From positions 9,426,001 to 9,490,000 of the forward strand of contig NW_024704743.1 in the NCBI RefSeq assembly GCF_018977255.1: DNA of 64,000 nucleotides, read 5' to 3'. A program made the translations under genes and the position numbers. The notes below the pieces were generated by a model. It saw nothing but the letters and a program-made list of their open reading frames with translations, was not told where the DNA came from and did not search any database. Shown piece after piece: positions 47,891 to 62,148 of this stretch (positions are counted from its first letter, which is position 1; the number at the start of each line of letters is the position of its first letter). Source of the DNA: Callorhinchus milii. Taxonomy: Eukaryota.

Positions 47891-50800
47891 TGTTTTGAAA
47901 CAGCAATAGAAGCATTTTGGACAGCATGCAAAAAGCGAACCCACATAACAAAAAAGTGCTAGAACAGGGGTTCTAGTGTACTCAGATAGCACGTGAAAGA
48001 ATTGGATTGAAGGGAAAGGTAGACAAAGCCCAAAGTATGTTGCAATGGTAAACCTCTTGAATTTCACGTTTATCCTGTATTTTAGTGCGGGGGCTTCCAT
48101 TTAAATTTCAGATTGTACACAAGCTTTGTTGACCCCTTATCACCATCTAATCTGTAAAGGTGATGGAAAGTAGGTGGAGGAGGAGGTGAGAGCTAGGGGT
48201 GAGAGAGGCAGGAGAGAGAGGAGGCAAAGACACCCAATCTGCCAACATTATTAATCAAGGACGTCAGCAACTTACAGCATCAGTTTGCGGCCGGCCTGAA
48301 TTTTTTTTACTCCCGACCTCTTCTGGAGGAATCCAGAATCCGAAAAATAAAGTTCATCCAAGTTGGGCGTCAGGAAATCCGGCTGCTTTTGTTTAAGATT
48401 TGCCTGCAGAGCTGGCCTGCCTCAACAGGCAAACTCTAAATATAAAAGCTGTATTGTCCTCTTAAGGCACTTGCACATTTAGTGAAATCCAAGCAAATGG
48501 GACTTGTGCCATTGGAGCTAGGGAGCTGCACGTTTTGTTTCAAGTTAGTTACTAAGGTGGCAAATTACTGTGTAAGGGATAAGCTATTTCCTGATAAGAG
48601 TCCCACTTGAAGATTCTTCAAGAGGATCCCAAGGATTAACAAGAAATGAAACAAAATAGTTATTAATTCTGGCTAAAGAACAACAATTTAAGTTCCTGAG
48701 GTACCAGACCAATGGTTAGACATGAATGAGACATGAATACTGTTTTATCTCACCACATTTCTCTTCCCTTCCCCCATGGAGCACCAAAAGCTGTGCCCAA
48801 GGACTGCTCCAAGTGTCTTCAGAAAGCACGTAATACAATTATACTCATCCTTATATTTGAAACAGCGCCTTTCACATCAGGAGGACGTCTCAAAGCGAAT
48901 CACAACATTCTCTTAAGTGTAGTGACTGCTCATTTGGAGGCGAACAAACAGAGCCACAAAACAGTCACTGCACTACACACACAACTTCGTCCATACTGAG
49001 TTCAACTGAGTTCACAAAAACACTGTAGATTATTCACATAATTTGTAAAGCTCTTTCAGATATTTCAATGCGATGAAGTGCTATAAAAACGCAAGTTCTC
49101 TCTTTGTTTTAACAGATTGCATCGCGCGTGATCTGGCAGTAACTGAGAGATCTGGATGCTCCGCTAATCAACTGTACCTACAGTCACCTCCCCTTTCTAC
49201 CCCGGCTCAGTACCAAACTCCGCCACAGGTAAGAACTCCGAGATAATACACCCTTCACGTGTATTACGCATGAAGGGTGCTACTTAAATGCAAGTTGTTG
49301 TTGCTGCTGAAGTTAACCACATGGCTGGAGTACAACAGCCAGGAATCTGCTGAGTGATGGTTAAAGATTTACAAAGAATGTACAGCACAGAATCAGGTCA
49401 CTCGGCCCAACTAGTCTGTGCTGGTGTTTATACTCCACGAGTCTCCACCCGATCCTCACTCTATTTCATACTCCTCTAATCCACTGGCTGAATCGTTTCG
49501 CTCACAAAATACACAATCAATCCACTTTACAGTATATTCTGTGAAGTACTTTGAGATGCTTCACAGAATATACTGTAACGTGAATTGACAGTGGGCATTT
49601 TGTGGGTGAAACACGGCAGCCAATTGCACACAGCAGTTTCCCACAGACAGTCATTTTGTGACCAATTGAGTGACCAATTTATTTATTTATGGACAAGAGC
49701 ATGGCCAAAGATGTACATTTTGAGACTGGACTTGAACCAGGGGAAAGAGGGCAGATGACATGGAGCGGGCAAGCACTCGCTGAATGACAGGAGTGACTGG
49801 ATCGTGGTATGAGCTATTGATAATGCGCTGCATCAATTCAATTAATTCAAAAATATTAACAAAAGAAACTGACAGTTAATCCACTCAGACAAGCACAAAA
49901 AACTCAAACCTAAATACATTTTTGCTCAACATTGGAGTTGAAGTTCCCACCCTTCACAGGCATTGTCATGTTGCAATGGAAATCTGACACGTTGAGAGTT
50001 CAGGGACAATGTCTCTTCTCCAGCTCAGCCACCCACACGAGAAAACCATCTGTAAAAAGAAAAGGCTTGGGCGGGATTTTCAAGTACAAACAAGCCTAGC
50101 TGTGATCAGCCTGCCTTGACCTTGAACTCAAGTTTCCTCAGGGGGATTGATCCTGCACCAACTATTTCATAATATCAGCACCTCTGAAACTTGCTCAACC
50201 AGTCACTAAAAGCACAGTAGAGTAACTAGTGTGCCTTTGACTTTTCAGAAACAAGAAAGCAAGAGTTTGACTAGCAGCAGTTGAGCTGCAGGCAGGGCTG
50301 TTTCGATTCATCCTGCAGTAACCCGACAAAACCACAAGGAGGCACCACAAATCTTCATTAAAAAAAAACTGGCTGCTTTACTCAGCCGCTGAACTGCAGA
50401 TTCAGTAATTGTGTTAGCAGAAGTAAGAGACCTTGTTAATTAACTACACTGAAAATTCACCTTTGGGACTGTATTCTGTATTTAGTGCATTTTCATAGTT
50501 GGATCAAGCAAGGAAAACGGTTTCCCTCGACCCACCCCACGCGCCCCACAAGTGATGTTATTGTAACTGCACTTCACACAGCAAAAGATGAATCTCCAAA
50601 GAACTGTTAAACCACAACTGTATTGTGGTGCGTGTAACCGACATCCTACCATCAACTCACAAATCATTTTTTTAACAATTGCTCTAGCCTCAAGGATGGC
50701 ATAATAATAGTCCTTGAATTTGATATAGTGTGTTATCACATCATCGAGATGTCGCAAAGCGTTTCATAGGATAATAACAATAATAATCCTTGCATTTGAT

Positions 50801-51340
50801 ATAGTGCTCTTCACAACTTCTAGACGTCTCAAAGAATTGACTATATTTGTGGGTGAAACATGGAGCTAGAGCAATTGTTAACACAGCAAACAGCCATGGA
50901 GTGACTAATTTTATTTGGGGGATTGCTGGCCTGGATACATGATGAAACGCTTTTCTCTTTTCGAATAGTGGCATGGAATCTTACAGTAAGCACTGTACTA
51001 TTCAAATTGACATTTTTAGTAATTTAAACATAACTACATGTTCATCCAACAAATGACTGTTTGGAGTGTTATCTTAGACTATGTGATTCCAAGTCCCGAC
51101 GTGAGGCTTGAACCTACAACCTTCTGAATAATAAAGGGAGGTGTGGACTGGGAGGCCTCTGCTGAAGGTGCAAGTTAAATAAAATGTACGGTTGATTGGC
51201 CTGCTTACATAGAGTGCGACTGATGTCTGTGGATCTGTAGTGTCAATGCAAAGAAAAATAAGTCATAACCTGGGCCAATAGAAAAGTGCAGCCGCACTTT
51301 TTCCGCGGAATCCACTACAAGCACCCCCTCCACTATAAAC

Positions 51341-51660
51341 CTGTACGCACAGTGTGCCAGGCGCTGCTACTCACTTGTATACACAGTGTGCCAGGCCCCG
51401 TTACTCACCTGTACACAGTGTGCCAGGCCCCGCTACACACCTGTACATACAGTGTGCCAGGCCCCGCTACACACCTGTACATACAGTGTGCCAGGCCCCG
51501 CTACACACCTGTACACAGTGTGTCAGGCCCCGCTACACACACACAGTGTGCCAAGCCCCGCTACACACCTGTACACATAGTGTGCCAAGCCCCGCTACAC
51601 ACTTGTACACACAGTGTGCCAGGCCCCGCTACACACCTGTACACACAGTGTGCTAGGCCT
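51341..51660 (+). repeat. Minisatellite, ~10 copies of a mostly 32-34 bp unit
   Basis: Unit ~ACAGTGTGCCAGGCCCCGCTACACACCTGTAC(AC/AT); length variation lies in a CA run. Confidence 0.95.
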
Positions 51661-52868
51661 CAGGCCTCTCGTGCTGTTTGCTCAAGGTCGCTACTGTGGG
51701 CGGAGGGGTTCCGGTCATGCATACGCATCGCGGGGAGTGTTAGGATCACGGAAGTAGCGCAAGCATGAAATCGGCTTTGCCTGGCACCCGCGGCCTAAAC
51801 TCCTGCGATTAAAACTTGGTAAGTGCGGTACGATTCACATTAACATTTTTAGTACTTTAAACACAATTACACATTCAGGAAATATATGCCCATAGTTTTA
51901 ATTCGGGTTGTTTCACAAAATGCATCTCAATAACATCAATCAACCCTCTGCAATTTCCCGCAAAATTTGTCAAATACCCCACAATTTTTGGTAAATATTT
52001 CTGCACTTTTCTATTGACCCACGTCATAACATCTTCAAGGAAAATAGGAGGTCGGAGGAGAAGAAGAAAAACTTCCTTCCCCAAACACGCTCCATCCTAT
52101 AGATGGAAGTACAGGAGCCTTCAAAAGAACAATACAGTAAATCACAAAGCATTTTGCGTTGCATTTATCCCAGGGAGAAAATCCCACAAATTCCAAAACT
52201 GCGCCTACAAAACCCTGTCACCATCATGATACTTTTCAGTAAAAGTGAAGCATTTTGAAATGTCCTCCCGACATGTAAAGCACTGCAGTAAATTGTCTTG
52301 CACAAAAGAATAAAAATGCTTCTTCACATGCCGTTGGCTCATTGTTGTCTTGGGCTTCTTCAGCAGCACTTCCAAACTGGCACTGGTACGAGCCTCCAGT
52401 TTAAAACACAGGGACAACAGAAATATTTTGCAGTGTCTTCCTATTTCCCAGAGTAACCGTAGACAATGTCCATTCATTACTTCGCTCCACATCGAATGTG
52501 GCTGCTAAGCGTGCAAAGGAAAGTCAGCTTCTTTTAGGAAGCTGCCTGCAAACTTCACAATCTGGATCATGCACCAGATAGCTGCTCACATGGCTGTCAT
52601 TTCTCACTGCTTTCAAACGTATTTCCATGTTCTGTCAGAGATCAGGAAGATAGTAAAAGCGGAACATAGATCAGAAAGGAGAGACACTGCAAACTCTCCA
52701 CAGTTAACAAAAGGACGCTGTTTGTGACAAAAGCCCCTTTTGTTGAAAGTACTTAATATAAAGCAAAGTGCAAGACTCAACAATACTCTACTTGTGATGA
52801 TTTCTCTCTCATAGGAACCCGAGAAAGCCACTTAGCCAGTAAAACCTGTTCCTTCATTGTACTAGATC

Positions 52869-54303
52869 ACAACAAGAACAACAAAATTACATTTGTATAG
52901 CACTTTTCTCGTTGGAAGGACATCCCAAGTCGCTGGACTGTCAGTGTTTCGGACCCGAACTGAGGGTCCGGATTGGGGAGGATGGAGGGTAGGGGGGGAA
53001 GGAGAGAGATCGAAAGCACGGTCGAAGAGGAGAGTCTTGAGATGGGTCTTGACGGAGGCAGAGGGACTGCGGGATGGAGTTCCAGAGGGTGGGGCCAGAG
53101 TGGCAGAAGGCCCACCCGCCAATGGTGGGGCGGGCGAGGCGAGGGCTGTGAAACAGGCCAGAGCCCACTTGTGGGGGGTTAGGAGGTCGCAGAGGTAGGG
53201 GGAGCAAGACCATGGAGGGCTTTGAAGGTGAGGACCAGGAGCTTGAAATGTATCCTCTGTGTGACAGGAAGCCAGTGGAGTTGGGCGAGGATAGGGTTGA
53301 TAGGACCATAGAGCCTGGTGCGGGAGAAGACACAGGCTGCGGAGTTCTGGATGATCTGCAGCCTATGGAGGGAGGAGTTGAGGAGGCCGACAAGCAAGGA
53401 GTTTGCATAGTCAAGCCTCAATGTAATGAAAGCATGTATGGGGGTTTCAACGGCCTGCGTTGTGAGACAGTGGCGGAGCGGGGCGATGTTGCAGAAATGG
53501 GGGAAGGCAGAGCGGGTCATGGCACGGATGTGGGGTGGAAAGGATAACTGAGGGTCAAACAAGACGCCAAGGTTCTAGACTGGCTTAGTAAGGTGGAGTG
53601 TGCATTCATTATGCTGTCAGCGCCTGAAGTGTGGAGAGCCTCGGTCTTGTTGACGTTCAACTGAAGAAAGTTAGCTCTCATCCAGGACTTGATGTCTGAT
53701 GGATATTCTGTCAGGACAGCAGTGGTCCTGGAGTCAAGAGTGGAGGCAAAGAGGAACAGTTGTGTGCCATCCACATAATGTGGAAGTTGACCCCATGTCT
53801 GCAGATGATGTCACCAAGAGGGAGCATATAGACATTGAAGAGGAGGGAACCAAGGACAGAGCTCTGCGGAATGCCGCACAAGACAGTGCGGGGGCTAGAG
53901 AAGAAAGGTTGAGGGGATAGGAGAGGCGGTGGATGAAGATAGAGTGGTCAACGGTGTCGAAGGCAGTAGAGAGGTCAAGGAGGATGGGGATGCAGAGGGA
54001 GCCCTGGTTGCAGATGGACAAATTGTCATTTGTCACTTTGATCAGAGCTGTTTCTGTGCTGTGGGCGGCATGGAAACCCGACTGGAGGGGTTCATGAAGG
54101 GAGTAGCGGGAGAGGAAGGAGAGAAGCTGGGAAGCAACAACTCGTTCCAGGGCCTTGGAGAGGAAAGGGAGGTTGGAGATGAGGCAGCAGTTTGAGAGTA
54201 GGAATGGGTCTAGGGCGAGGTTTTTTAAGGATGGGAGTGATGATGGCCGTTTTTAAAGGGGTGGGAACAGTACCAGTGGACAGGGAGAGGTTTATGATGT
54301 CCA
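52869..54303 (-). mobile_element. L2 LINE, 5'-truncated (~1.4 kb), disrupted RT
   Basis: [41 protein letters not shown] and HAFITLRLDYANSLL...LHWLP in several frames; L2 tail. Confidence 0.95.
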
Positions 54304-54331
54304 TTAAGCAGCGGTGGTGTTAGCCATTAAG

Positions 54332-54548
54332 CAGTGGTTGTGAACCCGTTTCCCTAGTCTACTTCCAGCCCGCAGAACTGTCAAGGAGTGGCCTGCCGAA
54401 CATTCATCTTGTCTCGGTGAGTCAGTTTTAAATCAACGTTTCCAGTTTTTTTCTTGATTGAATCTTTCTTGATTTACGGCACAGAATCAAGAAATACTCA
54501 AACAAAAAAATGATTTTGTTGGCCAACAAAAATGGTTGTCCACCACTG
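54332..54548. mobile_element. hAT/Charlie-type MITE, copy 2
   Basis: ccattaag | CAGTGGTTGTGAACC...GGTTGTCCACCACTG | ccatacag (8-bp TSD, 6 of 8 match); internal similarity to 17931-18073. Confidence 0.7.
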
Positions 54549-55950
54549 CCATACAGTGTGGCACTGAGGCATGGACTCGTGCTCTGAACCTGTGGGCCTG
54601 TACCTCTATATGCCCTTGCAGCAATATGCAGGGGTACGTGTGTTACTCCAAATTCATGCACAGCACGACACATAAACTGTACCAGGATCAGTCAAAATAT
54701 TCCCATGCTCTGGAGCCCGATTATCACACTCAATTTTATAGAAACAAAATTGGATACTCAAGCGAGAAAGAGAGAACCAGGGGTCACGAACAATGCGGTT
54801 GTTTCAGAAATTTCTGGGAACAGAACAGAGGATGCTCAAAGGGGAACACGGATTAATCCGATCGTGCCACAAGCGAAGACCTCCACAACATGTGAGCTCA
54901 CAGAAGATTGTCTTCATGGTTGAAATGAACAGTTTAGCATTGTTCCTCTTTGTATCAGCTCCGTCTGTTCAATGTCTGGAAATAAAGTTGAAATACGTTT
55001 TTATTGAATGGGGATTGCTGCCAGTGATGCAGACTGCACTTGTTAGCCTGTCCCCTTCCCTCTCCCTCCAGATGTGAATAATCAGCAGGACATTTTCATG
55101 ATTAGACAATAAAAGAAAGAAAAGCGTAAGATTTACTGACTTTTTTGCAGGAAAAAAAACATGTTGAAATACAAACAACATATACGGAATGGACTTAGCT
55201 ATGAAAGCATGATTAGAAAATACAATCGTCAATGCAGTAAAACTGTCATTGATGCTACAACTGGATTGTTTATCTGTCCGTTGGAAGGGAAGGGGATGGA
55301 AGAAGAAAACAGAAATACAATACAAATTACATTTATATCGCGGCTTTCACGTCAGAAAGACGTCCCAAATGTCATCCACCCCCCAACCCCCCCACCCTCG
55401 ACCTACAACTGTTGCTAGAAAACACTAAATTAATTAATGGTACTTAGCAAGCTATTCAGGCAACTGGTGAAACAGTAATGGATTGGGGAAAAGGGGGGGG
55501 GGGGTGGCAGAGGGAACAAAGGCACAAGCTCACACATAGAAAGAGTTAAAGCAAGGAGATCAGAAGATGTTATTTCACATCGTTCAAAAGAAGCTCATTA
55601 ATGAAGCGAAGATCATACCATTTAAAAGGAATCCGAGCCATATACAAAGAGAAACAAGATAAAAGGATACTAGTGAAGATCAGGGAACTGGGATTGGAGT
55701 AGAATAATGAATAATAATCCTTGCATTTGATATAGCGCTCTCACATCATTGAGACATCTCAAAGCATATCACAGGAGGTCCCTTAAAGTGCAGCTTTATA
55801 GTAAATTATTGGCTGAACATAGCTACCAATTTGTGTACAGAAAGTCCCAGACACAGCCATAAAGTGAATGACCTATTTTATTTGGGTGACTGTTGGCTTG
55901 GACACCAGAAGAAACTCCCTTCTCTTTTCGAATAGTGTCATAGGGTCTTT

Positions 55951-57440
55951 AACAAACAACAACCAGATTACATTTGTATAGCGCCTTTCACATCGGGAGG
56001 ACATCATAAGGCGCTTGACAGCGTACGGCATTTCAGACCCGAGCTGGGGTCAGGTGCGGAAGAAGGGAGGGGAGGGGAAGGGGGGTGGCCGATGGCATGG
56101 TTGAAGAGGAGGGTCTTGAGGAGGGTCTTGAAGGATGCTAAGGAGGGTTGAGGCAGAGTGACTGAGGGATCGAATTCCAAAGGTTGGGTGCAGAATGGCT
56201 GAAGGCTCTCCCGCTAATGGTGGGGCGGGTGGGTTGGTGGACGTGGAGCAGGTTCGAGCCGGCTGAGCGGAAGGAACGGACAGGCTGGTAGGAGTTAGGA
56301 GGGCGCAGAGGTAGGGTGGGGTGAGGCCATTGAGGGCTTTGTAGGTGAGGACCGGAATCTTGAACTGGATCCTCTGAAGGATAGGGAGACAATGGAGTTG
56401 GGCGAGAGGGAGGGAGATGGGGTCACGGAGCTTCGTGCGGGAGAGGACACGGGCTGCAGAGTTCTGGATTATCTGCAGCCTGTGGAGGGAAGAGTTGGGA
56501 AGGCCGACAAACATAGTCGAGACTAGAGGTGATGAAGGCATGAACAAGAGTTTCAGCGGCCTGAGGGGTGAGGTAGTGGCGGAGTCGGGCAATGTTACAC
56601 AGGTGAGGAAAGGCAGAGCGGGTCATGGCTTGGATGAAGAAGAGACAGTTGAGGGTCGAACAAGACACCTAGGTTCCTGACTGGCTTGGTGAGTTGAAGT
56701 GTGCAACCATGGAGGTTGATGCTGCCAGAGCCTGAGGTGCTGAGGTGCCAATCAGGAGGGCCTCAGTCTTGTTCACATTCAACTGTAGGAAATTTACCCT
56801 CATCCAGAACTTGATGTCCGACAGGCAGTCTGTCAGGACACGAGTGGTCCTGGAGTTGAGGGTGGAGGCAGAAAGATAGAGTTGGGTGTCATCCGCATAC
56901 ATATGGAAGTTGACCCCATGTCTGCGGATGATGTCACCAAGGGGGAGCATGTAGATACTAAAGAGGAGAGGGCCAAGGACAGAGCCATGGGGGTCGCCAA
57001 ACATGACAGTGCGGGGACTGGAGGAGAAACCGTTAGAGGCAACAAAGTAGAGACGGTGAGAGAGATAGGAATCGAACCAGGCAAGGGCAGATCCGTGAAG
57101 ATTGAGTAAAGCGGAGAGGTGGTGTATGAGGATGGAGTGGTCGACAGAGTCGAAGGCGGCAGAGCGGTCGAGGAGGACAAGGAGGCAGAGGGAGCCCTGA
57201 TCACAGATGTTCAGAATGTCATTAGTGACTTTGATCAGGGCTGTTTCCGTGCTATGGGCAGCTCAGAAGCCGGATTAGAGGGGTTCAAAGAGGGAATGGC
57301 AAGAAAGAAAGGAGCGGAGCTGGGACGCAATGACTCGTTCCAGGACCTTGGAGAGGAATGGAGGTTAGAGATGGGGCGGCAGCTGGAGAGTAGGGCTGGC
57401 TCCAGGGAAGGCTTTTTCAAGAGAGGGGTGATGACGGCTG
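55951..57440 (-). mobile_element. L2 LINE, 5'-truncated (~1.5 kb), RT core recognisable
   Basis: [39 protein letters not shown] (ORF 56669..57004) and AVITPLLKKPSLEP; frameshifted; L2 tail. Confidence 0.96.
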
Positions 57441-60400
57441 AATAAACATCTGAACCTGCACTCATAGGACCTTGGTTTAACTTCTCGTTCGACAGAAGGA
57501 TATTAGTTGCTGTGCAAGAGACAGCCCAGCAAAGGCTCAATGGGATGAACCACTCCCTGCAATACAGTAGCACTTCATCACCATCATTCAGGAGACAGAA
57601 ACTGGGGGCAAGAGAAGAAAGAAAAGTCCTTCTGGGCCATTTATCAAATAATTCAAATATTATTTGTAATAATAATAATTCTTGCATTTGATATAGCGCC
57701 TCATCACGTCAAATGCAAGGATTATAATTAAAGAGCTCTGGATGCTACCCCGAGTGAAGGGCGTGATATAAATGCAAGTTGTTGTTATTGAGATGTCTCA
57801 AAGTGCTTCACAGGATATACTGTAAAAATGTGTGAATATCAAAAGTGAATTTTTTTTTGCTTAAAAATACTGTTCCATCTTGTTTTCCTCATTAGTAAAC
57901 AGATCTTGTCCAATATTGGCAGATTTAGAGAGGCTGAATTGCTGGCAAACATGATGATGAACGGAAAAGCTGTTTGATCAGCAAAGAAAAAATCGGATTT
58001 TATTTTCAGAATAATTAACAGTATAAAAGGAATCAAAAATTGTGTTGTATTGTTGAGTACAGTGTGGGAATGAGAAGCACAAAGCACTCCCCAGTAATTC
58101 CCTAACAGACACCAGCTGGCTGATGTAATTCCATAACAGTATGAAGAGTAAAGCAAAAGCACTCAGAATTCAAGATTGCTGCGCTGGGGGAGGGGTGCGG
58201 GAGGGTGAAGGAGAGAGATTGAGATACTTCATACGAGATGTCATGACTGAACCACACATTTAATACCACTCAATCCATATTATTGTAAAACAAACACACC
58301 ATAGTGACTCTTCCCTCCCCCTAGCTCCCCACTAACTGCCTCTACTTTTGACCATTTAATAGAAAACTGAAGATCAATCACTTCGGGTCAGAAACGGTCA
58401 GAGGCTATTAAGTCAATTTTACTTATTGATAACCTTTCAGGCAAAAAAGAGATTGCTGGGTGTGTTTGAAACCTGCCAAAGGGACAAACTCAGATTAGCA
58501 GGAGAGTGGTCTCTGGGGCCAGCCAGCAACAACAGCAGCAGTCACTGAATATGACTGGGGACACTCCCGATTCTAAGGCTTTCAAATTAGATGAGACAAG
58601 ACAATTTAATTACACCGGCAAGTTAACATTTCAAACAAAGGACACACATGATCCACATAATAGACACACACTGGGTTGAACGTCATCTCCACGTTGTTTT
58701 GAATAATATTGCACAATTTCAGGCTGTCTTTCGAAACAGGTAAGGTTAGGGCGCATAATGCACAAAACTAAAACTAAAACAAATTCTAAGAACCTCTGGC
58801 CTTCCAGACCTTTGGATCGTCCTCCTGACGTGAAAGGCACTTTACAAATGTAAGTTGTTGTTGTTGAGCACCTATCCTATTGTTCCACTGTACAGCGTGT
58901 TCAGAGGAGCTGCCCACAACCCTGACTTGGTGTGACCTGCCATTTCTTAGGTTTTATGAATTTCAAACAAGAACACAATAAATACGATTCCCTCATGAAC
59001 AGGAATCACTATCTACCTCCAGAACAATTTATGTATGTGACACATCATTTAGTGAAAGGTATGATATACTCTAATATGCCTAAGCTCCATGGAATACTGG
59101 CAAAGCACTCAAGCACTTACAAGATGTTTTGTTTAAGAAAAGACAGCTAAATCAATTCAAAATGTCCTAAAGAAAGGAGCTGTTTCAACACAGTTCCACA
59201 GGTCTTGCATTTTTAATGGGCTTTTGCGCTGCACTCTAAACACTGGAAGGTGGGACGTCAGCGCTTTGGGACGTCCTCCCGACGTGAAAGGGGCTTTATA
59301 AATGGAATCTTGTTGTTGTTGTTGTTGTTGTGGGGTTTCCCTCAAACAATCCCATTCTACTGCAACTGTTTCAGGTCAGTTGGAGTAAAACAAAAGGCCA
59401 AATCTTTTAAGGTAGATATTCGCAATCAGATATTATTACCCACGTCCTAACAACATGCACTGATCTATGGGAAATCAAAACCATACAACTGCATTGCAGC
59501 CCTGAGAGTGAGAGACAAACCATGACAAAAAGAGCATCGACAACGAACAAGGTGCACCGGGGGAACAGATAGAGATGAGGCTTTGGAAAATTTATCATTG
59601 TTTGCGTTCTCTATGTAAACTTGTCTTGACAATGCTCCAGATATAAATCAATAAAGCCAGGATGGGAAAAAAACTAGATGAACCAGAATGCTGGTTAATA
59701 TACTAAAATAATAATCCATGCCCCTGACGTAGAACCTTATTACTTCATCAAGACATTTCAACGAGCTTCACAGGATTTTATTCTGAAGTGCAATGACTGT
59801 GTATTTGTAGGTAAAATACAGCATACATTTGGGTGCTGCTGGAGTGTACTCAGCTAAAATCACATGGACTGCCATCCAGATGACTCTATGGAATATATAT
59901 ATATATATATATAGATATATGACACACCCTTCCTTTTGGGCTTCAGACGCGCACAGATCAGATAGATTACAAACTGGATTTCATATCAATGCATCACTAA
60001 TCATGCTTAAACATTTCAACATTGTTAACATGGGGGTAACAGCTGATAAGTCACACCAGGAAAGTGAACTTATATTAAAATCTGATCTTTTAGATCCTAG
60101 TTTATTTACTTTATAAACACAAAGAGACCTTCTATATGCTGAAGGATTGCTATCAATGATCATAAAAAGACCCACAACTTGGAATACTTAGACAAATGCA
60201 TACAAAAATAAATGAAAACATCTTCAGAGCTCAAAATCCATGAATGTTTCAGGGGGAAAGATGGTTAGAATCCTGGAAATGTACAGCACAGAAGGAGGTC
60301 ATTTGGTCCATCGAGCTTGCACTGGCTTTCAGCGAAAGGCATACATTCAATCCCACTCCCACAGCCCATATTCCCTTTAAGCCTCTAGCCATAAGAAACA

Positions 60401-61902
60401 AATTAAGAACCAGCTTTTCACATCCACTGTAATCCCTGCATAATGTCCCACAACTTTTTTTTTTGTAGGTTTATTCTATTAATGTGCCCACTTTGAAAAA
60501 GGTGATGGCTAGGAGAAGGGGAAAAAGAAAAATCAGTACTTGAAGGGTTAATGGGGACAAAGAGCAATTTAATAAAATAACCATTCACTTTCACATCGGC
60601 AATGCAAGGCTTTTTCATTTGCCTGTTGATAGCGAGGAATTGAGCTGTACTCAAGATGCTCCACACTGAAAATCCACTCCTGTGATAACATTTTGATACT
60701 AGGAATAAAATATTCCTGAACATAAAAAACTCACTTTAGACAAGAGCTTAAATTTCAGATTATCTTGATGGGGGCTGAAGAGGAGACATCATAGTAACTT
60801 TGCACGAAGTCCAAAAGTCGTTATTTCCAACATATTGAAAGTGGCGACAATGTAATAGAATGCTGTGTGAGACACTGAAATTATCAACCAAGCCCAGTGC
60901 ATTCAGAAAAGTCCACTGTTCTCGTCTTTCCCCCCACCCACACATTATGGTCGTCCTTCAGCTGTCTACTTCTACTTTCACCACAAACACGATAAGAAAA
61001 CTTAGACCTACATGAACCTGTACATGACAACTAGCCTTTACCAGAAGTTCAAACTCACAGTCTAAGTAATGAGCTAGCTGCAGCATAGAAACAAGTCATT
61101 TGACCCGACCAGTCCATCCTGTGGTTAAACGCCCACAAGTCCCAACCCTTCCCTTATTTATGCTAATAATGTTTGGGTTTCTGAAGGTGCAGAGCGTTTT
61201 CCACCCATATTTCAACACTGCAAAGATACCACCAAAATAATTATGAACTTCCCATTATAAATCAGTAAGAAAAAGGGCCCACAATAATAACACACTTCTT
61301 GCAAGCACTTGGTAGTGGTCTGGAGGTGGGGTTCTGGTTGATCTTTCCCTTTCCCAAACTCAGGGACTGTAAAGCTCAATGAACTTCCCCAACCACCTTC
61401 TTTGTTGGGATTTGCTAATTTGGAAGAAAGTCCGGATTTTTAACCTGGGATCTTGCTGGTCTGCACCAGCAAGAGTCACTCGTACATAGTATCAGGAACC
61501 TTCACCTAGCATGGAATAAACAAAGACGTGGGAATGGATCTACAATGGGAAATCCCATTAAACGCCATCATCACAAAAGGCAACGTGCACAAAGCTGAAC
61601 GGAATTTTTCCGAGTGGAATCATGGAATCTTACAGCTCATTAGCTGACTATTCTGCCCATCAAGTCTGCACATGTATTTTCCTCCACAACAAGTCACGTG
61701 ATCTAATCCTCCTTCTCTCTGCTTGCTTCCCATAGCTTTTAATATTCCTCTGTATCCAATGCTTTTTAAAAGAATGCATAAAACAGCTTCAACTACTTTT
61801 TGCAGCCAGGAATCCTACATTCCAACCATCCTTGGTATGAAGAAGTGTTTCAAACCTCCCCTTTCATTCATTTTGCTATTATAGTCACTTTGTTCCCTAT
61901 TA

Positions 61903-62148
<246 letters not shown>

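Noticed and set aside
51286..51768. Repetitive ORFs and a CRISPR-like appearance
   Set aside because: Head-to-tail minisatellite with no unique spacers and no cas genes, in a vertebrate intron.
54849..54860. Palindrome CGGATTAATCCG (paired K50 homeodomain sites)
   Set aside because: A single 12-bp palindrome is expected by chance in 64 kb; no supporting cluster.
55951..57440. Functional reverse transcriptase gene
   Set aside because: 5'-truncated, multiply frameshifted L2 copy despite an intact YADD motif.
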